A program made the position numbers and the translations under genes. Below the pieces are notes generated by a model. That model saw only the letters and a list, made by a program, of their open reading frames with translations, searched no databases and had not been told where the DNA came from. This document shows positions 36,963 to 49,749 of a stretch of 64,000 bases of DNA, in pieces. Source of the DNA: Octopus vulgaris (lineage: Eukaryota); the NCBI GenBank assembly GCA_951406725.2, contig OX597831.1, positions 26,164,001 through 26,228,000 on the forward strand. Reading direction: 5' to 3'. Each line of letters opens with the position of its first letter. Position 1 is the first letter of the stretch.

Positions 36963-37789
36963 TAGGGTGCGATGCGTAAATTGTCGTCATTTTATATTTT
37001 TAATTTCACATATGCACATTGCTTGTTTTTAATTTTGTCGACTACACAGTATAGTAGGCTCAGTTGAGCACCATCTGTGAGGAAAACAGTACCATGTCAC
37101 AATTTAGAAATTTAGAAACAACATGCTATACTGCTTGGCTTTTGTGCTGGAATCTTCAATACGAACATTTCAGACTGTCTGTGTGTGAATCTGAGGACAT
37201 GTACTGAGAATGATAAAAATTAAACATCCAGTCAGCACTATGGTGTTTAGAGTGATCGCTAGTGATGGTGACATTATGCCCCCATTCATCTTCTCACACG
37301 GCCTTAGGCTCAATATGGAGGCTTACATCATGTGTCCAGAGGAGGTAGTACTGCCATGGGTCAAGAGGGTGGCTGCTAGAAGACCCTATGTTTTGCAACA
37401 GGACTTTGCACCATGCCACACAAGCAGAAGAACCCAGTCATGGCTGTCAGACAATTTCTGTGACCCTACTACCCTTAACATCTGGCCACCTAACTCTTAA
37501 GACTGCAGCTCCCTTGATTATTATGTGTAGGGCATAGTTGAGTGAGAGACTAACAAAACTCCCTTGTAACACCAAAGATGAACTGAGGGCAAGGATTATG
37601 GCAGCATTCACCAACTTAAACAAGGAAACCATCCAGAAAAGTTGCAGGAGATTCCAAAGTTGCCCGGGGACCACGGTTGAAGCCAATGGCGATTTTACTG
37701 AATAAATTTACTCTTTAGTATTTCAATATATTTTTATTTAATTTTGGTAAATACATCTGTTAAAATGACAGTTTATTCACTGTACCCTG
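36963..37789 (+). mobile_element. Tc1/mariner DD37D (maT-type) transposon, internally deleted pseudogene
   Basis: QQD-FAPCHTSRRTQSWL...WPPNS*DCSSL-DYYV: 37 residues between the last two Asp; TIRs tagggtgcgatgcgtaaattgtc / gacagtttattcactgtaccctg+TA; internal stops. Confidence 0.85.
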
Positions 37790-38347
37790 TATTCATGAGT
37801 CTGTGCATGTGTGTGTGTGTGTGTGTGTGCATTCCATTCATCAATCCATTATTAAAAGTTTTCAATTTCTGATTAGTAATGGTAGCTCCTGTTGTTATTA
37901 CTTTGTGTGTATTTACATGCATTATTGTGCACGTGTGTGTGTGTGTGTTTGTACATCTGTGCTTGTTAGGATATCTGAGAAATTGGTTTTAATCAATAAT
38001 TACACATGAATAAAAAAAATATTATTTTTGTTATTTATATTTTCTATTGCTTTCTGTTCGCTACTTTGAAAAGTACTCCATGCTTGATTTCCTGTGATTT
38101 TTATGTCTCAGCATTTTTTTGTTACTTTTAAAAAAATTTTAAATCTTGCTTTCATGGCTGTTTTGCTAATCTTATAATTTTATGTATGATTTGTAACCAA
38201 AACTATTCTATTTAAAATATTACCTCATTACAGTTAGAATATGAGAAAAAAAAACTATCTTTTAAATGCTTGTCTCTGTATACATATATGTGTGTATGTA
38301 TGCATAAACATGGAAAATTGACAATAGATGATGATGGTGGTGATTAT

Positions 38348-38586
38348 CATCATCATCATCGTCGTCGTTTAATGTCCGTTTTCCATGCTAGCATGGGTTA
38401 GACGATTTGACTGAGGACTGGCGAACCAGATGGCTGCACCAGGCTCCAATCTGATCTGGCAGAGTTTCTACAGCTGGATGCCCTTCCTAATGACAACCAC
38501 TCCGAGAATATAGTGGGTGCTTTTATGTGCCACCGGCACAAGGGCCACTCAGGCGGTACTGGCAACGGCCACGCTCAAGTGGTGTT
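38348..38586 (-). mobile_element. SINE family E
   Basis: (CAT)n...ttccatgctagcatggg...ggatgcccttcctaatgacaaccactccg. Confidence 0.8.
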
Positions 38587-39755
38587 TATCCCATCAACAA
38601 CAGACCTAAATGCAAGTGCATGTTTAAAAATTTCGGTATCTTCCAGATTGAACAGTGTTGTCAGTCTTCTCAGAGAAAGTTCAAATCACTGAAGGAAACC
38701 ATCCAGCCAGTGTTGTGATGCTTTGAATTCTCCTGGAAATATACCATGCTCCACAGTTTTCAAATGCTTGAATATCAGTCCTGTGAACAACCAAAGCCTT
38801 TGCTTTCCTATCAGAAACCCATTCACAGATAGCGTCTTCCAGCTCAGAAAATAGTGGTTGCCAACCTGATCCACACTTGCATTTCTTTGCGTTTCCCTCG
38901 TCCACTTGTTGACTGAGCTTATTGTACTCTACTTGTCATTTTTGAACTATTCGGAGACCCCAATTTTTTTCTTTACAGAAAACAGTAAGATTCTTGCCCA
39001 GTGATTCTTCCATGATTTCTTTCTTGTATTCAATGGAATAACTCTTTTCTCTTGCACTCATCTTGTCTTGAGGTGAAAATGGCCTGACAAATGATTTCCC
39101 ATTCAATTTCATCATGTTGTATTCTGAGAGATTTTTGCCTTGAAAGAAAATGTGTATGTTATTGTATTTTGCATTCACTGACCAGTACTGACCACTGATA
39201 AAAATGTTACATGACACATTTGAAAGCTCTAAACATGGGCTGTTGATTGATGTATAGCTTGTTAATAGTTGAGTTATGAAAGAGAGACCAGGATAGATTT
39301 TGTGACAATATTATTTTTAGTCACCAAAAAGATATTTTGAATGGTTCTAGGTGAATTTGTCTACAACAATTTATGTGTGTGGTTGTATAAGTGTGTGGTT
39401 GCATGTGTGTGTGAGGGGAGTTGTATGTGTATGTGGTTGTACATGTGTGTAGTTGTGTATGTGTGTGTGGTTGTATGTGTGTGTGAGGTTGTATGTGTGG
39501 TTGTGTGTGTGTGTGGTTGTATCCATAGATGAATTGTAGATGAATTGTTGAAGATAGATTCGCCAGATTCCATCATGAACAGTGTACACACCACAAAAAA
39601 GTGGTTTGAATGAGTATGAAGAGGCTTCTTATTTCTTTCATCTGCTGCTACTCTCAACTATGGCCTATTTTAAAGGAGGGGCTACATTAAAATCATTCTG
39701 AAAAATCATGCTAGCTCTTATTTTCTGATGAGGTCTTATTTTCAGGGAAACACGG
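38587..39755 (-). mobile_element. pogo/Tigger-type transposon, 5' half (HTH-psq/CENP-B relic)
   Basis: Minus frames: KSYSIEYKKEI..., LFSELEDAICEWVSDRKAKALVV..., EFKASQHWLDGF; terminus TA-ccgtgtttccctgaaaataagacc. Confidence 0.8.
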
Positions 39756-40602
39756 TACGTGTACATATGTGATTCAAATATACCTTCATGTATTCATCTG
39801 TGGACTATTTATGTTTGTGATTGTAAATGATCACATTTTAGAGAAAATTAAAAGCAAATCAAAAATACAATTAATGCATATTTTATAGAAATATGGTTTA
39901 ATGTTGATTTGCTGTTTTTTTTTTTTTTTGTCATCATCAAGTACTTTTTTTTTTTTTTGCATTCTGTTCTGCAAACAATAACCGAATACCTCTTGTATGC
40001 AATTCTAGCTTAAAAAAGCAGAATTGCTTCTGCAGAATATCAGTGTGTGTGTGAGAAAGTCTAAACAAGTTGCTGTCTCCTTGCAGAAGGCAATCAGCTG
40101 GTTGTTTAAAACTGTGTGAAAGAATTAGAAAGATTTTGGATGAGAATCTCAAACAATTTTATTCCTTTAGCTGCCTTTTCTATTTTTCAAACCTGAAAAT
40201 GCTGATGGAAAGGAAAGTGAATCTATTGCTGATAATACTGCTGCTAAGACTTTTCTGTTGCTGTAGTTACCAAAGATAGGAATAAACTGTTGGCTGTTGT
40301 TAGCATTTAAAGATATACATGTCATCAGCTCCACAGGAAAACTTGAAGTATGAATATATGAATGCTTAAGACAACTTGTAACAGTGACATTGTGATTTCA
40401 ATAGACACACATGCAAACATATCTAGGAGTGTGCAAATGTGTGTGTGTGTGTTTGTAAATCCATAGACAAATAAATTGATATATAGATAGACAGATAGAC
40501 AGACACATACACACACACACACATACACAAGTTTGTGCACACAAACAGAAATAAGTGCATACACTATCTCATTTTATCAATGCAATTTATTAACGTATGT
40601 AT

Positions 40603-40807
40603 CTTTTACTCCTTTACTTGTTGCAGTTATTTGACTGTGGCCATGCTGGAGCACCGCCTTTAGTCGAATTAAATCAACCCCAGGACTTATTCTTTGTAAG
40701 CCTAATACTTATTCTATCGGTCTTTTTTGCCGAACCGCTAAGTTACGCGGATGTAAACGCGCCAGCATCGGTTGTCAAGCGATGTTGGGGGGACAAACAC
40801 AGACACA

Positions 40808-40853
<46 letters not shown>

Positions 40854-41034
40854 TATATATATACATATATACGACGGGCTTCTTTCAGTTTCCATCTACC
40901 AAATCAACTCACAAGGCTTTGGTCGGCCTGAGGCTATAATAGAAGACACTTGCCCAAGGCGCCACGCAGTGGGACTGAACCCAGAACCATGTGGTTGGTA
41001 AGCAATCTACTTACCACACAGCCATACCTGCACC
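40603..41034 (-). mobile_element. SINE family A, full length
   Basis: Reverse complement of 3140-3619. Confidence 0.9.
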
Positions 41035-41352
41035 TAATTTATTTTTCTGCTTTAGTATTTGTTTGTTTTAATTTTAACTGTTTATAATCCAACTAACAAT
41101 ATCATAGCTCATTAGTTAATCCTTTATCTGCTTATTGATCACGTCTCTCGTTAGTTAATGTGCAGCATTGTTCTTAGCTGTTGTCTCTTTCAAATGCTGC
41201 AAAACAGCAGCTGCAATCTGCTGTCTTTTCCCCGTCACTTTTCAAAATTGCAATACTGTGTTTCATTCATTAGTAAAAAGACCATCCATCAGTCAACACT
41301 AGTCATCACCATCCTTTCCTCCATGCACACTGTCTTTACCGCATTAACAAGT

Positions 41353-41600
41353 GCCATCATCATCATCATCATTATTGCTGTCATCGTCGTCATCACCATC
41401 ATCATCATTGTCATCATCAACATCATGACCGCCATCATCATCATCATCATTGCTCTCATCGTCCTCATCACCATCATCATCATTGTCATCATCAACATCA
41501 TGACCGCCATCATCATCATCATCATTGCTGTCATCGTCCTCATCACCATCATCATCATTGTCATCATCAACATCATGACTGTCATCATCATCATTATCAT
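41353..41600. repeat. (ATC)n-derived 75-bp higher-order repeat x3
   Basis: Units start 41353, 41431, 41506, each ending catcaacatcatgac. Confidence 0.9.
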
Positions 41601-41871
41601 CTCACCACAATCTACTTATGCTATACTTCCAAATTAAATTAATACTTACCGTTTTTTACCTTTTTAGAACTGTAGGGATGATCAGGGAAGTAGAAGCTGG
41701 ACAGGATTTTGTATTGTCCTAAATTCAACTCCCCATAGGGGTGACCTCTCTTTTTTCATCCAACCAAAACCAATCTGATCTGTTACACCTCCTTTCCCAG
41801 TTATTGGCCCCTTGCTAGTGAAAATAAACATTGTTTCCCTTGTTGGTTGTCAAATACTTCAGTCAGGAATG

Positions 41872-42152
41872 GCCATGGGATTACACCTACAGAGTTACCC
41901 TCTGAGGCACAACTTCAACCAAAGCTGTTTATAGAAGACTAGCAGTTACCCATGCATACCAGCTTCCCCTCTGCATGCCACCAATGTTATCCAAGAAAAA
42001 GACAAATGCCAATACAGCTTGGCACCAGAGCTGTCGCAATTCATGAAATGAAGTGTTTTGCACAAGAACAGAACACACAGACTTGTCCAGGAATCGAACT
42101 CACTATGTCATGATTGTGAGGCCAATGCTCTGACCACTGAGCCATACACCTT
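41872..42152 (-). mobile_element. SINE family D (tail 2), decayed
   Basis: Reverse complement of 46403-46740. Confidence 0.7.
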
Positions 42153-42319
42153 CTACCTGAATATGATTGTTTTAACTCTCGGTTAATTTAGAATATTCCT
42201 TTTCTATAATTGTTACTTCTTGGAAAGGATTAAACACCACAGCCTGGTTTTCAGCATCCTCTATGATTCTAAAGCAGAATGAGACCTTAACAGGTTTCTT
42301 TGTCAAAGGAATTGCCTAT

Positions 42320-42503
42320 TTATTCACATTGTTTTGAATTTATCATCTGTTACTTCGTAGCTTCAAGATCTCAATGGTGAGTTTGTATATTTTTTAAGAA
42401 TGACATTGTAGGGTAGGTATCAGAGGCTAGATCTGGTCAGTTTAAACATAAAAGAGGTAGGACATTGGGACCAGATGCAGCTGGATTAAATGCTAAAGGT
42501 TTA
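42320..42503. mobile_element. piggyBac-type MITE end
   Basis: Ends ttaaatgctaaaggttta; inverted relative at 43265-43422, short end ttaaccctttaacatt at 42925, partial copy at 2225-2288. Confidence 0.55.
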
Positions 42504-42835
42504 CAGAAATCATAAGCATTTTCATTAGCGCTTTAGATATGCATGTTTTTATTTCAAGAAAAATTATTGAAAGCATATGCAGGAAATAGAGTAATATAAA
42601 CTAAAAATACTGATCTGATATATATATGTGAATGTCAATATCATTAGAGGCAAAATTCAGGTTTATGTTCACAATTAAAGCTGATATTCAGCCTTAACCT
42701 TGCGGACATCTTTTTCAAGCTTAAAGTGTTAGTGTTTTTGCAGTATTTATTGATCGTTGTCTTTCATTTCATCTCTCTCTCATTTCTTTTCCTTGATGTT
42801 TCATTTTATTTCTATGATCTTGCTCTCTTTCTTTC

Positions 42836-42900
<65 letters not shown>

Positions 42901-43264
42901 CTCTCTCAATAGATATCTGTTTGCTTAACCCTTTAACATTCAATCCAACTACATATGGCTACCATAATCACACTGCTATTTGTTTAAAAAGCATCATGCA
43001 GTACCTCGTAAACAGATCACCTTGACAGCAAGAAAAAAAAAGTTTTCCTTTAGATTATACACAAAGAAAAAAATATCATATACTTCTTATTTTTATTATT
43101 TTACCCTTTTTTCTTTTCTTTTATGAATATCTAACTCCATACTTTTTATGAAAACTAACAGGTCCACACTATCTCTTTAATCGTTCTCATTTTCATAATG
43201 CCAGCAAAACAATAGCTGAAGTTTTTGAGTTCCTTAGATTTTAAAGTAAAGGTTATTATAATGC

Positions 43265-43422
43265 TTTAGCACTTAAACTGGCCACATCAGGCCCTCAACC
43301 TGTTTTATGCTTAAACTGGCCAGATCCAGCCTCTCACACTTATCCTATGTCATTTCTTAAAATAAGCAATTACATCATCGAAAGACAGAAACTACAAGAT
43401 AATAGGTGCTAAACTCAAAACA
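43265..43422. mobile_element. piggyBac-type MITE end, inverted relative to 42320-42503
   Basis: tttagcacttaaactggcc...ggccagatccagcctctcacacttatccta. Confidence 0.55.
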
Positions 43423-43423
43423 T

Positions 43424-43796
43424 AATTTTTTAATACATTCGCTGTTTTCTTCATTAACGCGCATAATTTTTGATTTGTCACGGTTAACTTTCAATCCTAG
43501 TTTGGCAGCTATTGCTTCAAATTTTGACGTTTTATTTTGCATTTGGTTATATGTTTGTGAAAGTAGCACTATATCATCTGCAAAGTCGAGTTCTTCTAGA
43601 GCTTCTGCATCCGTCCATTCAATGCCTGTTTGGCTTTCAATCGTAGTTTCCTTCATAATCCAATCTATAACAAGTAGAAACAAAAAGGGAGAAAGTATAC
43701 AGCCCTGTCGAACTCTATTTCGAATTAATCCGTAGCTCCGTTTCCATGCAAGACTCGGCATGACATTCCTTGGTAAGTTGCTCTTATTATAGATAT
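43424..43796 (-). mobile_element. RTE-clade LINE reverse-transcriptase core fragment
   Basis: ISIIRATYQGMSCRVLHG...(stop, frameshift)...VRQGCILSPFLFLLVIDWIM...LDFADDIVLLS...GLKVNRDKSKIM. Confidence 0.92.
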
Positions 43797-43946
43797 AGTA
43801 CAATTTGAAAAGACACACCAAATGTAGTGAAAAATGCTTTACAGTGGAATCCGGATGGATATAGAAAGAAAGGTAGGCCTAAGAACTCGTGGCGTAGATC
43901 AACACAGAAGGAACTAGAGAAAGGGGGACAAACTTTGCAGAAAGAT
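43796..43946 (+). mobile_element. RTE-clade LINE C-terminal fragment (same family as 13225-13495)
   Basis: KDTPNVVKNALQWNPDGYRKKGRPKNSWRRSTQKELEKG. Confidence 0.88.
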
Positions 43947-44215
43947 CACCTCCACTCCCCTCACAAAATTCCTTGTCTTGCAAGTTAGTCGGTGACCCTG
44001 CCAGTACTGGGGCCATGTAAAAAGCATTGTGCCCCAGAGCAGGATACTTTATTTCATGTTGCTCCAGTCCACTCAGCTATTTTTTCTTTCTTTTTCTTTT
44101 TTTTTTCTTTTTTCTTTTACTGTATTTCAAATTCACAGAAAGATAGAAAGATACTCTACTAGACTGAAATGCTTAACTCCTCCTTCTCCTCATATCTCTG
44201 TATTCTAGAATACAC

Positions 44216-44254
<39 letters not shown>

Positions 44255-44856
44255 TAACAAAGATTAGTTTATCCTACAAAGGCTGAGAGGAATTAAACAA
44301 AAAAACTTGTGGGATTTATTGCCAAGAATGTTGTTGCACAAAGTGAATCCACGTACCCAGTCATTAGTGGAAGAACAATACTAAGAATAACATCTAAAGA
44401 TATTCACCCATTGATTAACAAATCAGAACCAGCTGTTATGTTATATACATCACTGAAACACACAACAAACACATGTGTGTTGACTGTGTGTGTGTGTGTG
44501 TCTGTATGTCAGGTATACATTTATATATCGTGTATGTTTTATTCCTGTTGGTGAATTGACACATCTCATTTGCAAGCTCTAATTGAACTCTAGCTTGGAC
44601 AATTCATAATCAGGAATGTGGCTCAATATCATAACTTCTGAGAGATAATGCTACTACCACTACTACTACTACTGATGATGATGATAATAATAATAATAAT
44701 AATGCACACAGCCAGAAATTCAGTGGGAGGAAATAAGTCAGTTATAATAATTGTTTCTAAACTTATAATATTCAAGGCAGGTGTTACTGGATATGTTTAT
44801 CATGGAGGTTTCTATCAAGTATAACCAATATTGTAGTGTTTGATACTAACACAGAT

Positions 44857-45235
44857 CATCATCATTATTTAATGTCCGTTTTCCATGCTTGCATGGGTTG
44901 GCTGGTTCAACCGGGGTCTGGGAAGCCAGGAGGCTGTACAAGGCTCGAGCCTGATCTGGCAGTGTTTCTACAGCTGAATGCCCTTCCTAACACCAACCAC
45001 TCCATGAGTGTAGTGGGTGACTTTTACGTGCCATCGGCACAGGGGCCAGAGGAGGCTGGCAAACAGCCCCGATCGGTCGGTGCTTTTTACATGTCACCGA
45101 CACGGACACCAGTCAGGTGGCACTGGCATCAGCCACATTCAGATGGTGGTTTTACGTGCCACCGGCACCAGTGTCTTAACTACAATTTCCATTTGATTTT
45201 TATTTTGATGTTGGTGTTGACATTGATGTACTTGA
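44857..45235 (-). mobile_element. SINE family E
   Basis: (CAT)n...ttccatgcttgcatgggttgg...gcccttcctaacaccaaccactcc plus internal repeats. Confidence 0.8.
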
Positions 45236-45240
45236 CTCAA

Positions 45241-45395
45241 TAGGTCTCCTCAAGAACAGCGGGTCACTCTATGATGCAAGGTTAGCACAGCAGGCCATCC
45301 TGCGAGCCATGAACTCACTTCATTTGTCAGGTCTTCGCAGTTACAGCGTATCTCAGGGGTCTCAGTCTTTCGTCATTTCCTCTGTGAGGCCCAAT
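45241..45395 (-). mobile_element. RTE LINE 3' end fragment
   Basis: Minus translation LGLTEEMTKD*DP*RYAVTAKT* (decayed DRxxWR). Confidence 0.55.
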
Positions 45396-45458
45396 GTGCC
45401 ACCGGCTGGGTATCACAACTGCAATATCCATTTGATTTTTATTTTGATGTTGATGTAG

Positions 45459-45507
<49 letters not shown>

Positions 45508-46012
45508 GGGAATAGTGAGTGATGTGGAGGTAAACCTGGATCATTACACAACCTTCAATTCTGATTATAGCTTCATCCTTTCATTTCGTTTAACTATTAG
45601 TGGCTGTTAGCAAAGCATTAATGTCACGTAATCGTATCTCACTCCTTCTATTCTCTAAATTTAAAGTCCTGTGCCTATGTAATAAATCAATATTTCTTAT
45701 AGTAGAAAAGACAAAAATCAATTTTTTTTCTTATCTTCATAATATTGATATCAATTTACATAATATTGAAGAATATATATGTATATATATGTATATAGTT
45801 TTCTTTTTTACAATGAAGTTGTATGAGATATCTTCTAGATAAACTGGTTTTGATGTCTTTTCTTTGTAATACTGCTTCACTTTTTCTTTCCTTGTCTTTT
45901 TTTTGTTTTGTTTTTTGTAATTTTTTTTGTTCATTTTTTTCTCATTTTTCATTGCAACTTTTATGCAAACAAAACAACAACAAACCTGTTGTCTGTTTGG
46001 TCTGGTTACGGT

Positions 46013-46029
46013 TGACGTCATTTACGTCA
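46013..46029. promoter_or_regulatory. Tandem CRE-type bZIP sites
   Basis: TGACGTCA (46013-20) and TTACGTCA (46022-29) in non-repetitive sequence. Confidence 0.3.
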
Positions 46030-46402
46030 CTGATCTCAAATAATCTTTATTAACCACTCCCACAATAAGATTTTTTTTTTTTTTTTCCCCTTCTAGAAAA
46101 CATTCAATATCTCTACGTGCTCCAGTATCAGTGTTAGTCAGTAGTGAGTAGGACGAAGTGTATTTTGGATATCTACATGGGTGTGTTTACTCTCCGTGTT
46201 CGAATTTTCGTCATTGACTTTTGCTCTGCAAAAGAGCAGCAGAACTAAATGAGCACCAAGTAAAACAATAATGTTGAATTGAACTGTTCGTTTGTATTTC
46301 TTCTCTTCTAGATTGGTGACTATATGGACATGAACAAATATACATACACATACCTCGCACACACTTACATTAAGCTGATAAACATAGTGTATGCATAGTG
46401 CT

Positions 46403-46740
46403 GAAAGCGTATGGCTCAGTGGTTAGAGCATCGAGCTTACGATCGTGAGGTTGTGAGCTCGAATCCCGGACTAGGCTGTGTGTTGTGTTCTTGAGCAAGA
46501 CACTTTATTTCACGTTGCTCCAGTTCACTCAGCTGTAGAAATGAGTTGCGACATCACTGGTGCCAAGCTGTATCGACCTTTGTCTTTCCCTTGGATAACA
46601 CTGGTGGCATGGAGAGGGGAAGCCGATATGCATGGGTGACTGCTGGTCCTCCATAAGAACAACCTAGCCCAGACTTGTGCCAGGAAGGGTAACTTTCTAG
46701 GTGCAATATCATGGTCTGTGTCGTGACCGAAGGGGGTCTC
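46403..46740 (+). mobile_element. SINE family D (tail 2) with ~14-bp TSD
   Basis: tggctcagtggttagagc...gagctcgaatccc...gttcttgagcaagacacttt; atgcatagtgctga at 46391 and 46743. Confidence 0.88.
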
Positions 46741-47117
46741 AGATGCATAGTGCTGAGAGAGAGTGGGGGAGGGGGGCTTCATTCAATAAACTTATGATAA
46801 AAGAGGTTCCAGATGTAAATATCTAATAAGTTTTTCAGACACTGTGTATCTGCTATTATATTAAGCAATATGTCCTCTCTGTTTTAAGATGCTCAGGTGC
46901 AGGCATGGCTATGTGGTAATGTTTGCTTATGTGTGTTTATATAAGGAGGGATAAAATGAATCAACCACCATGGCTGATTTTTCAAGACATTATAGGCTAT
47001 TAGCCCTCCAAGATCTGGGCACCTATGGCAAACTTTACCCTCTGTCTGAGATTCTGAGCCAAAAAAGAAAAAAAAATAGTTGCATATACAGTTGAAGAGT
47101 AATGATTTCAGACAAAG

Positions 47118-47408
47118 TAATGGACAAAATCAGAAAAAAAATTCAGGGGAATAACAATAATAGGGCTTTCTCTCAACTACCATATTCGTAAGGCTTACTA
47201 ATGGACAAAATCACAAAAAATTTCAGGAGAATAACATTAATAGGTCTTTCTCTTAACTATCATTCATTAGGCAACTAATGGACAGAATCACAAAAGAATT
47301 CAGGAGAATAACAATGATAGGTCTTTCAACTACCATATCTGTTAGGCACACTAATGCACAGAATCACAAAAAAGTTCAGGAGAATAACAATAATAGGCCC
47401 TTCTCTCA
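47118..47408. repeat. ~78-bp minisatellite, 3.7 units
   Basis: Units start taatg at 47118, 47199, 47276, 47352. Confidence 0.9.
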
Positions 47409-48019
47409 TCTAGCACACTTGTTCACCTGTACCACTACTTTCCTCATCATTTTCACTAGTTTGATTGTCTGAATTGCTCTCATTGCTAGCACAAGTGAAA
47501 ATTCCTGGTGTAAAGAATAAATATCATCAATAATTTCCTCAACTACAAAGAATCTAGGTTTTTCTCATTTACAAAACAAAGCGCTGGGTTCATCACACAC
47601 TAATTTCATTACAAAATTTTTATTTTTTCCTGATTAGAAACAAACTTAAACAACAGGTATGGGGACAACCATTAACAATGAGTCATAAATACACTTGACT
47701 ATGAGGCTGCGATCAGTTGACTAATTTTAGTAATTTATCTTCTTTTTCTTTTATGTGTGCTGTTCATTACCATAAATGGTAATCCAGCAGAGATGGCATT
47801 TAAACTTTTCCTACTATAATGAGAACACAGTGTGACAGAGTTAAAGATATTTCAAATGGCAAGATCATATTGTATCTTAAGGAGTTTGTTTTCCCTTTCT
47901 GTCTACCTACTTTAGTGAATATCACAGAGACTAGATATCATTCATATTTCTGAGATATGTGCTGCATTACAGTACTCAAGAAGACCCACCCATTACAACA
48001 GAACTGAGATCCTAAAACC

Positions 48020-48250
48020 AAGGTGCCACATAAAATACATTGGTGTGGGTGATGGTGCCACATAAAAAGAACCTAGTACACTTTGCGGAGTGGTTGGCAT
48101 TAGGATGGGCATCCAGTCATAGAAACCAAGTCAAAATAGACTATGGAACATGGTGTGGCCCCTTATCTTGCCAGTTTCTATCAAGCTGTCCAACCCATTC
48201 CAGCACGAAAATCAGACGTCGTTAAATGTTGATGATGATGATGATGATGA
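48020..48250 (+). mobile_element. SINE family E, 3' part
   Basis: ggtgccacataaaa...gtggttggcattaggatgggcatccag...ccaacccattccagcac...(ATG)n. Confidence 0.7.
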
Positions 48251-48769
48251 TGACAATGCCGACGATGACGATGACACTGATGCCTGAGTGAATAATAGAA
48301 GTTATTTCAACTCAGGTTAGCAAGCAAAATAAATGCAGAGAGTAAGAGAAATGTTAAGTGGGCATATTCTGAACATAGAATTTATTGGCTCCGTTTTTGT
48401 GTCTTGAATATAATCACTTGATCACTCTGTAATGTAATTTCACATTTCCTTGCCTCAGATTATCCAGCTTTAAAATAAATCCCCTTGCAAAGGAAATGTG
48501 ACAATTCTCATGAAGTTATGATGTCGTATAACTGACCACTTATAAGCGCAAAGAAGGCTACAGCCTTTGTGTCGTTGCCCTTGGAATAAAGCCATTTCGC
48601 TCTAGTTTCTCTGGCTAAAACAAAACCACAAATGCAGATTTAACTTTTTGGCTGAGAGGTTAGCAATAGGAAGCCATGCTGTTGTTAAAAAAGTACTTCA
48701 GCATTTACAGATTTTCATGAAAATTAGAATAGTAATGTGTGTGGGTGTGCATAAATAATATATACGTAC

Positions 48770-48978
48770 AGTGAACTGGCAGAATCCTAAACATGCTGGG
48801 TAAAATGATAAGCAGTATTTTGTCCATCTTTAAGTTCTGAGTTCAAACTCAGCTGAGGTCAATTTTACCCTTCATCCTTTCAAGGTCAGTAAAACAAGTA
48901 CCACTTGTGCACTGGAGTTCATGCAACCATCTTTCCCTATCTCCTAAAATTGCTAACCTTATGTCAAAATTTGAAACA
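48770..48978 (+). mobile_element. SINE family B variant
   Basis: gaactggcagaatc...ttctgagttcaaact...cttcatcctttcaaggtc...aaaatttgaaac. Confidence 0.7.
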
Positions 48979-48993
48979 AATATACTAATAATA

Positions 48994-49092
<99 letters not shown>

Positions 49093-49104
49093 GTATATAT
49101 ATTG

Positions 49105-49312
49105 ATGAGCTGGCAGAATTGTTAGCATATGGGGCAAAAAGATAAACAGTATTTCATTAGTCTTGATATTCTGAGTTCAAATTTCACTGAAGTCAACTTT
49201 GCCTTTCATCCTTTCAGGGTCGATATATTAAGTACCATTCGAGTACTTGGTTCAATATAATCGACTTACCCTGCTCTGAAATTCCTGCCATTGTGCCAAA
49301 ATTTTGGAACCA
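49105..49312 (+). mobile_element. SINE family B variant
   Basis: gagctggcagaattgttagc...gcctttcatcctttcagggtcgat. Confidence 0.75.
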
Positions 49313-49334
49313 ATATACATCTTTTACCTTCTTT

Positions 49335-49712
49335 CTATTTTGTCCCTTGTTTTAGTCATTAGACTACGACCATGCTGGAGCAGCATCTTGAAGAATTTTT
49401 AGTTGAATGGATTGACCTCAGTACTTATTTTTTTAAAGCCTGGTATTCATTCTATCAGGCTCTTTTACCTGTTAAGTTGCAAGGACACAGGTTGTTAAGC
49501 AGTGGTGGGGGGCATACACGGCACTCACTCACACACACACACACACACACACATATACAAAGGGCTTCTTTCTGTTTCCATCTACCAATTCCACTCCCAA
49601 GACTTTGGTCACCTTGAGGCTATAGCAGAAGATACTTACCCAACATGTCACACAGTGGGACTGAACCTGGAACCATGTGCTTTAGAAGCAAACTTTGAAC
49701 CACACGGCCATA
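49335..49712 (-). mobile_element. SINE family A
   Basis: ccatgctggagcagc...gtgggactgaacctggaaccatgtg. Confidence 0.75.
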
Positions 49713-49749
49713 CACGTGTGTGTGTGTGTACCTCGCCTGTGTTTGTATC

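Noticed and set aside
37210-37500. Functional transposase gene
   Set aside because: N-terminal region deleted and several in-frame stops downstream.
41158-41637. 159-aa hydrophobic ORF resembling a membrane protein, and the antisense poly-Met ORF
   Set aside because: Product of the (ATC)n higher-order repeat.
42320-43422. Single 1.1-kb TIR transposon
   Set aside because: The TTAA-type termini face inward toward each other, so these are ends of separate MITE copies.
47118-47408. CRISPR-like repeat/spacer appearance
   Set aside because: The variable parts are homologous to each other, there are no cas genes, and the context is eukaryotic.
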